From an uncultured Caldilineaceae bacterium (GTDB taxonomy: Bacteria > Chloroflexota > Anaerolineae > Caldilineales > Caldilineaceae): a stretch of DNA of 64,000 nucleotides. The notes beneath the pieces were generated by a model. It was not told where the DNA came from and searched no databases. It saw only the letters and a program-made list of their open reading frames with translations. The translations under genes were made by a program, and so were the position numbers. The stretch is taken from assembly GCA_964560495.1 (NCBI GenBank), contig CAZLMM010000024.1:316-64315 (forward strand), given 5' to 3'. Shown here in pieces: positions 60,418-64,000 of this stretch. Each line of letters begins with the position of its first letter. Position 1 is the first letter of the stretch.

Positions 60418-61476
60418 ATGAACACAACACCATTGCGTATTCTCCAGGTTGGACTGGGCGCGCGCGGGCGCATGTGGGGCGAAATCATTGACCGACGGAG
60501 CGATGTAATGCACAGCGGGCTGGTCGATGTCAATCCCCAGGCTGTGGCGGCCTTCCAGTCGACGCGGCCGGGCGTATCCGGCTTTACCAATCTGGACGAG
60601 GCGTTGGCAACCGTCCAGAGCGACGCCGTGCTGTTGGTGACGCCGCCCGAAGGTCATCTGGCGCAGGCGCGACAGATTTTCGCGGCTGGGCTGCCGCTTC
60701 TGGCGGAAAAGCCGCTGACCGTCGACCTGCCCGAGGCGGTGCAGATTGTCGAGCTGGCGCGGCGGGCAAACCTGCCACTGATGGTGGGGTTGAACTTCCG
60801 CTACTTGCCTGTCAGTCGCAAGATTCGGGAGTTGGCGCTCAACGAAACATTGGGCAGTCCAGGTTTTGGCTGCTTCACCTATCTGCGCAACCGCGACGGC
60901 AGGCTGCCTCATCTCAACAAATATCCCCTTACCATGCAGCACCCTATGATGTTGGAGCAGAGCATTCATCATCTGGATCTGATCCGCTTCTGCTATGGCC
61001 GCGAGGTGGAGCAGGTGCACTGCCGCACCTGGAATCCCGGTTGGAGTATGTATGCCCACGACAGCAATGTGAGCTGTTTGCTGACTTTGGCCGGCGGTCT
61101 CGAAGTGACGTATCTGGGCACATGGACCGGCGGCTGGAACGAACTGCAATTCCAATGGCGCACGGATTGCAGCAAGGGCGTCATTGTGCAGCGTCAATTG
61201 TTCGAGGACCTGGCTGTTGCACGCACAGGCGACGCCAGTCTCACGCCCATCGAGCTGCCGCCCTTCCGCGCTTTTTATGACGACACAGACGCACTCATGA
61301 GCGCGTTCAAGGCTCATCTCCATGACGGCGCGGCGTTGGAATGCAGCGGCGTGGATCACCTGTATACGCTGGCGCTCTGTTTTGCCGCCATCGAGAGCAG
61401 CGCCAAGGGGCGCGCCGTGCAGATGCACGAATTCTATGCGCGCCAGGGCATTGCGCCTCCCGAAACAACACGATGA
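60418..61476 (+). CDS. Gfo/Idh/MocA family oxidoreductase
   Basis: N-terminal Rossmann 'LRILQVGLGARG' and 'LAEKPLT'. Start is either GTG 60409 or ATG 60418. Confidence 0.8.
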   Translation: MNTTPLRILQVGLGARGRMWGEIIDRRSDVMHSGLVDVNPQAVAAFQSTRPGVSGFTNLDEALATVQSDAVLLVTPPEGHLAQARQIFAAGLPLLAEKPLTVDLPEAVQIVELARRANLPLMVGLNFRYLPVSRKIRELALNETLGSPGFGCFTYLRNRDGRLPHLNKYPLTMQHPMMLEQSIHHLDLIRFCYGREVEQVHCRTWNPGWSMYAHDSNVSCLLTLAGGLEVTYLGTWTGGWNELQFQWRTDCSKGVIVQRQLFEDLAVARTGDASLTPIELPPFRAFYDDTDALMSAFKAHLHDGAALECSGVDHLYTLALCFAAIESSAKGRAVQMHEFYARQGIAPPETTR

Positions 61477-61482
61477 AGAGTT

Positions 61483-61527
61483 GACAAGATGATAATCCAT
61501 CCTGTGAATCCTGTCATCCTGTCTGTC
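61483..61527 (+). other. related CAGGAT/ATCCTGT repeat hairpin
   Basis: gacaagatg ... atccatcctgtgaatcctgtcatcctgtctgtc. Shares 'aatcctgtcatcctgtc' with 60376..60392. Confidence 0.65.
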
Positions 61528-61541
61528 AATATCCTACGCCG

Positions 61542-62513
61542 ATGAAAATACTTGTCACAGGCGGTTTGGGTTTCGTTGGCGTCAACGTGGTGAGAGCATT
61601 GGCTGACCACGAGGGCGTCCAGGTGATCGCCGCAGACATGCAGCCGTGGGATGCAGCCATCGAGCGTTTCCTTGCGCCGGTGAAAACGCGCATCCGCTAT
61701 TGTCGGCTGGATGTGCGCGATGCTGATTCGTTCGCCGGGCTGGTTGCCGACGAGGGCGTTACGCACGTGATCCACGCCGCCGCCGTCACTGTCAACGACG
61801 AACAGGAGTGCACGCGCGCCGCCGAAGTGGTGGGTGTGAACCTGGGCGGCGCCATCAATGTGCTCAATTCTGCGCTGCGGTGCGACCATGTCGAGCGTGT
61901 GCTGATGTTGAGCAGCAGCGGCGTCTATGGCGCACCCAAACGCCCACCCGGCAGAGCACAACGTGAAGGCGGCGCGCTCGATCTCACCAATCTCTACGCC
62001 ATCACCAAATACAGCGCCGAGCTACTTGCCGCCCGCTATGGCCGGCTGACCGGCAAGCCAATGGCCTCGCTGCGTCTTTCCGCGGTCTATGGACCCATGG
62101 AGCGACTATCGGCCAGCCGGCCAAACGTCAGCGCAATCCAGCGGCTCTTTTGCGCGCTGTGCGACCAGCGCCCCCTGCGGCTGGCCGGCCCTGCCGTGAA
62201 GCGTGACTGGACCTACGCCGCCGACATTGGCGCGGCGGCTTGGGCGATGCTCCATGCGCCCCTCTGGCGACACAACGTCTACAATGTAAGCTGCGGCACA
62301 GCGCTGCGCTTCGACGAGGCAGCGGCGGCGTTTAGCGAGAGGGGATTAGCGGTGACATGGGTGGACGACCCCGACCAGGCTGATGTGGCGATGCGTCCGC
62401 AGCAGGCGCGCGTCGCGTTGGATATCGGTCGCATTCAGCGAGATGCAGGCTTCCGGCCAGCCTTCTCGCTTGGCGCAAGCATCGACGATTGGCTGGCATG
62501 GAATTCGGGCTGA
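61542..62513 (+). CDS. NAD-dependent epimerase/dehydratase (extended SDR)
   Basis: Motifs '[16 protein letters not shown]' and YxxxK in 'YAITKYSAE'. Confidence 0.8.
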   Translation: MKILVTGGLGFVGVNVVRALADHEGVQVIAADMQPWDAAIERFLAPVKTRIRYCRLDVRDADSFAGLVADEGVTHVIHAAAVTVNDEQECTRAAEVVGVNLGGAINVLNSALRCDHVERVLMLSSSGVYGAPKRPPGRAQREGGALDLTNLYAITKYSAELLAARYGRLTGKPMASLRLSAVYGPMERLSASRPNVSAIQRLFCALCDQRPLRLAGPAVKRDWTYAADIGAAAWAMLHAPLWRHNVYNVSCGTALRFDEAAAAFSERGLAVTWVDDPDQADVAMRPQQARVALDIGRIQRDAGFRPAFSLGASIDDWLAWNSG

Positions 62514-64000
62514 TAGGATTTTTCCAGACTGTCGCCTAACGCCGCCGCCAGGGACGCCACATTGGGCGGCAGATGGATGTTGCGATGCCCTCCCTCCACC
62601 GTGTGGACAGTGACGCCGCCCAGCGCCAATGCGCCCCACCCGCGCTGGGGATCGAGCGAGCCGGTGAGCGCGCTGGTGATGGTGCGCCCACGTGCGGCAA
62701 AGAACGTCACTGTCCCTCTGTAGGGTTGTGGACGATATGCGCGAATGGCGGCCAGATGGATTTCCATGAGCCGGCGTTGGTGGTCGGGCACGAAGACCGC
62801 GTCGTCGGCCAGCACATCACGGATATCCACGGGCGTCGCTTTCTGGGCTCCGTGGATAAGCCGCCAACGCCAACGATGCATTTTGCGCTGGGCGCGCCAG
62901 ACAATCTCTTGCGCGCCCAGCCGCCAATAATCTTCCAACCAGTAGGGTAGATTGCGCCAGATGGCGAGCAGGCGTTGCGCATCCAGACGGCGCGCGCTGC
63001 GGCGACGTGCGCCTGGCGCGTATCCTTCCATGATTGCCACCAGCGCCGCCTGTTCTCCCTGGGCTTCCAGTTGCCGCGCCATCTCGAAGGCAACCACGCC
63101 GCCAAAACAATAGCCCCCCATGCGGTAGGGGCCATGGGGCTGCACGCTGCGCATGGCGGCGATGTAGCGCGTCGCCATGTCCTCCACGCGCAGGTCCGGG
63201 GCTTCATTGCCATCCAGACCGGCAGCCTGCAGGCCGTAAAATGGCTGATCTGGCCCTAACAGCCGCGCCAGATCGACATAGCCCACCACGCCGCCGCCAA
63301 AGCCGTGGACGCAGAAGAAGGGCGGGCGAACGCCACTTGTCTGGATTGCCACCAGTGTAGGCCACTCCTGCGGCGCGTCGGGTTGCGCAAGATGGGGCGC
63401 AAGTTCAGCGATGGTCTGGCTGCGAAAGAGCAGGGCCAGCGGCAAACGCACGCCAAACTCATCTTCAATGCGGGCGAAGAGACGCACGGCCAGCAATGAA
63501 TGACCGCCCAGATCGAAAAAACTCTCGTGGATGCTGACGCTGGGCAGGCCAAGCACTTCGGCCCAGAGGGCGGCCAGCTTTTCCTCGACGGGAGTCGTCG
63601 GCGCGCTCACTGCCGCCGTGGATCGTTCGGCGTCGGGCAGTGGCAAGGCGCGACGGTTCACCTTGCCGTTGGCTGTCAGGGGCAGCGATTCGAGCTGAAT
63701 GTAGACAGCCGGCGTCATGTAGTCGGGCAGGGAAGCGCGCAGAAAGTTACGTAGATCGCTACTGGTTGGCGCGGACGGTCTGGCGGATGTGAAATAGGCG
63801 ACCAAGCGCATGTCGCCCGTCGCATCTGGCCGGGCGACGACCGCGCAGGCGCTCACATTGGGGTGCAGAGCCAGCGTCGCTTCGATTTCGCCCGGTTCCA
63901 CACGATAACCGCGTACCTTCACCTGGTCGTCCACGCGCCCTATAAACTCTAGCGCGCCGTCCCAACGCCAGCGCGCCAGATCGCCAGTGCGATAGATGCG
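62435..64000 (-). CDS. non-ribosomal peptide synthetase, C-terminal part (end of A domain, T, TE); 5' end lies beyond the window
   Basis: The frame stays open to 64000 and reads '[31 protein letters not shown]' (A8-like). A10-like 'NGKVNRRAL'; carrier motif '[12 protein letters not shown]' with Ser codon at 63497..63499. TE region has '[10 protein letters not shown]', 'GGYCFGG' and 'GGH'. Confidence 0.9.
   Translation of the reverse strand, partial: RIYRTGDLARWRWDGALEFIGRVDDQVKVRGYRVEPGEIEATLALHPNVSACAVVARPDATGDMRLVAYFTSARPSAPTSSDLRNFLRASLPDYMTPAVYIQLESLPLTANGKVNRRALPLPDAERSTAAVSAPTTPVEEKLAALWAEVLGLPSVSIHESFFDLGGHSLLAVRLFARIEDEFGVRLPLALLFRSQTIAELAPHLAQPDAPQEWPTLVAIQTSGVRPPFFCVHGFGGGVVGYVDLARLLGPDQPFYGLQAAGLDGNEAPDLRVEDMATRYIAAMRSVQPHGPYRMGGYCFGGVVAFEMARQLEAQGEQAALVAIMEGYAPGARRRSARRLDAQRLLAIWRNLPYWLEDYWRLGAQEIVWRAQRKMHRWRWRLIHGAQKATPVDIRDVLADDAVFVPDHQRRLMEIHLAAIRAYRPQPYRGTVTFFAARGRTITSALTGSLDPQRGWGALALGGVTVHTVEGGHRNIHLPPNVASLAAALGDSLEKSYQPEFHASQSSMLAPSEKAGRKPASR

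Overview
Visibly GC-rich, gene-dense bacterial chromosomal segment with about 46 protein genes. I found no rRNA, tRNA, cas, transposase, integrase or phage genes by eye. Taxon is only a guess: the repeat families and gene content resemble Chloroflexota-type genomes. Left part (1-23.7 kb) is housekeeping or accessory: a SIS-domain sugar isomerase, a heterodimeric ABC exporter, a dienelactone hydrolase, a 2046-aa thioester-type alpha-2-macroglobulin, a MacB/FtsX-type ABC system, an aminotransferase, an enone reductase, transaldolase, and a FadN-like/thiolase beta-oxidation pair. The core (23.9-61.5 kb) is two adjacent, partly paralogous peptide/amino-acid-derivative utilisation islands. Both carry family-5 solute-binding proteins with Dpp/Opp-type permeases, M14/M20/M24 peptidases, cyclic amidohydrolases, three closely related class-I aminotransferases plus one lysine-less paralogue, D-2-hydroxyacid dehydrogenases, two tandem DUF4438-like proteins and a GH42-like Cys-cluster protein. 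A single GntR/FCD regulator sits between the islands. A 22-nt perfect operator-like repeat occurs at identical spacing from extended -10 elements in one divergent promoter region of each island. The right edge holds the termination module (A-T-TE) of an NRPS whose thioesterase has Cys in place of the nucleophilic Ser. Intergenic spacers are full of several short repeat and hairpin families. The pathway encoded by the GntR-headed 11-gene operon cannot be assigned from sequence and is the best candidate for something undescribed.
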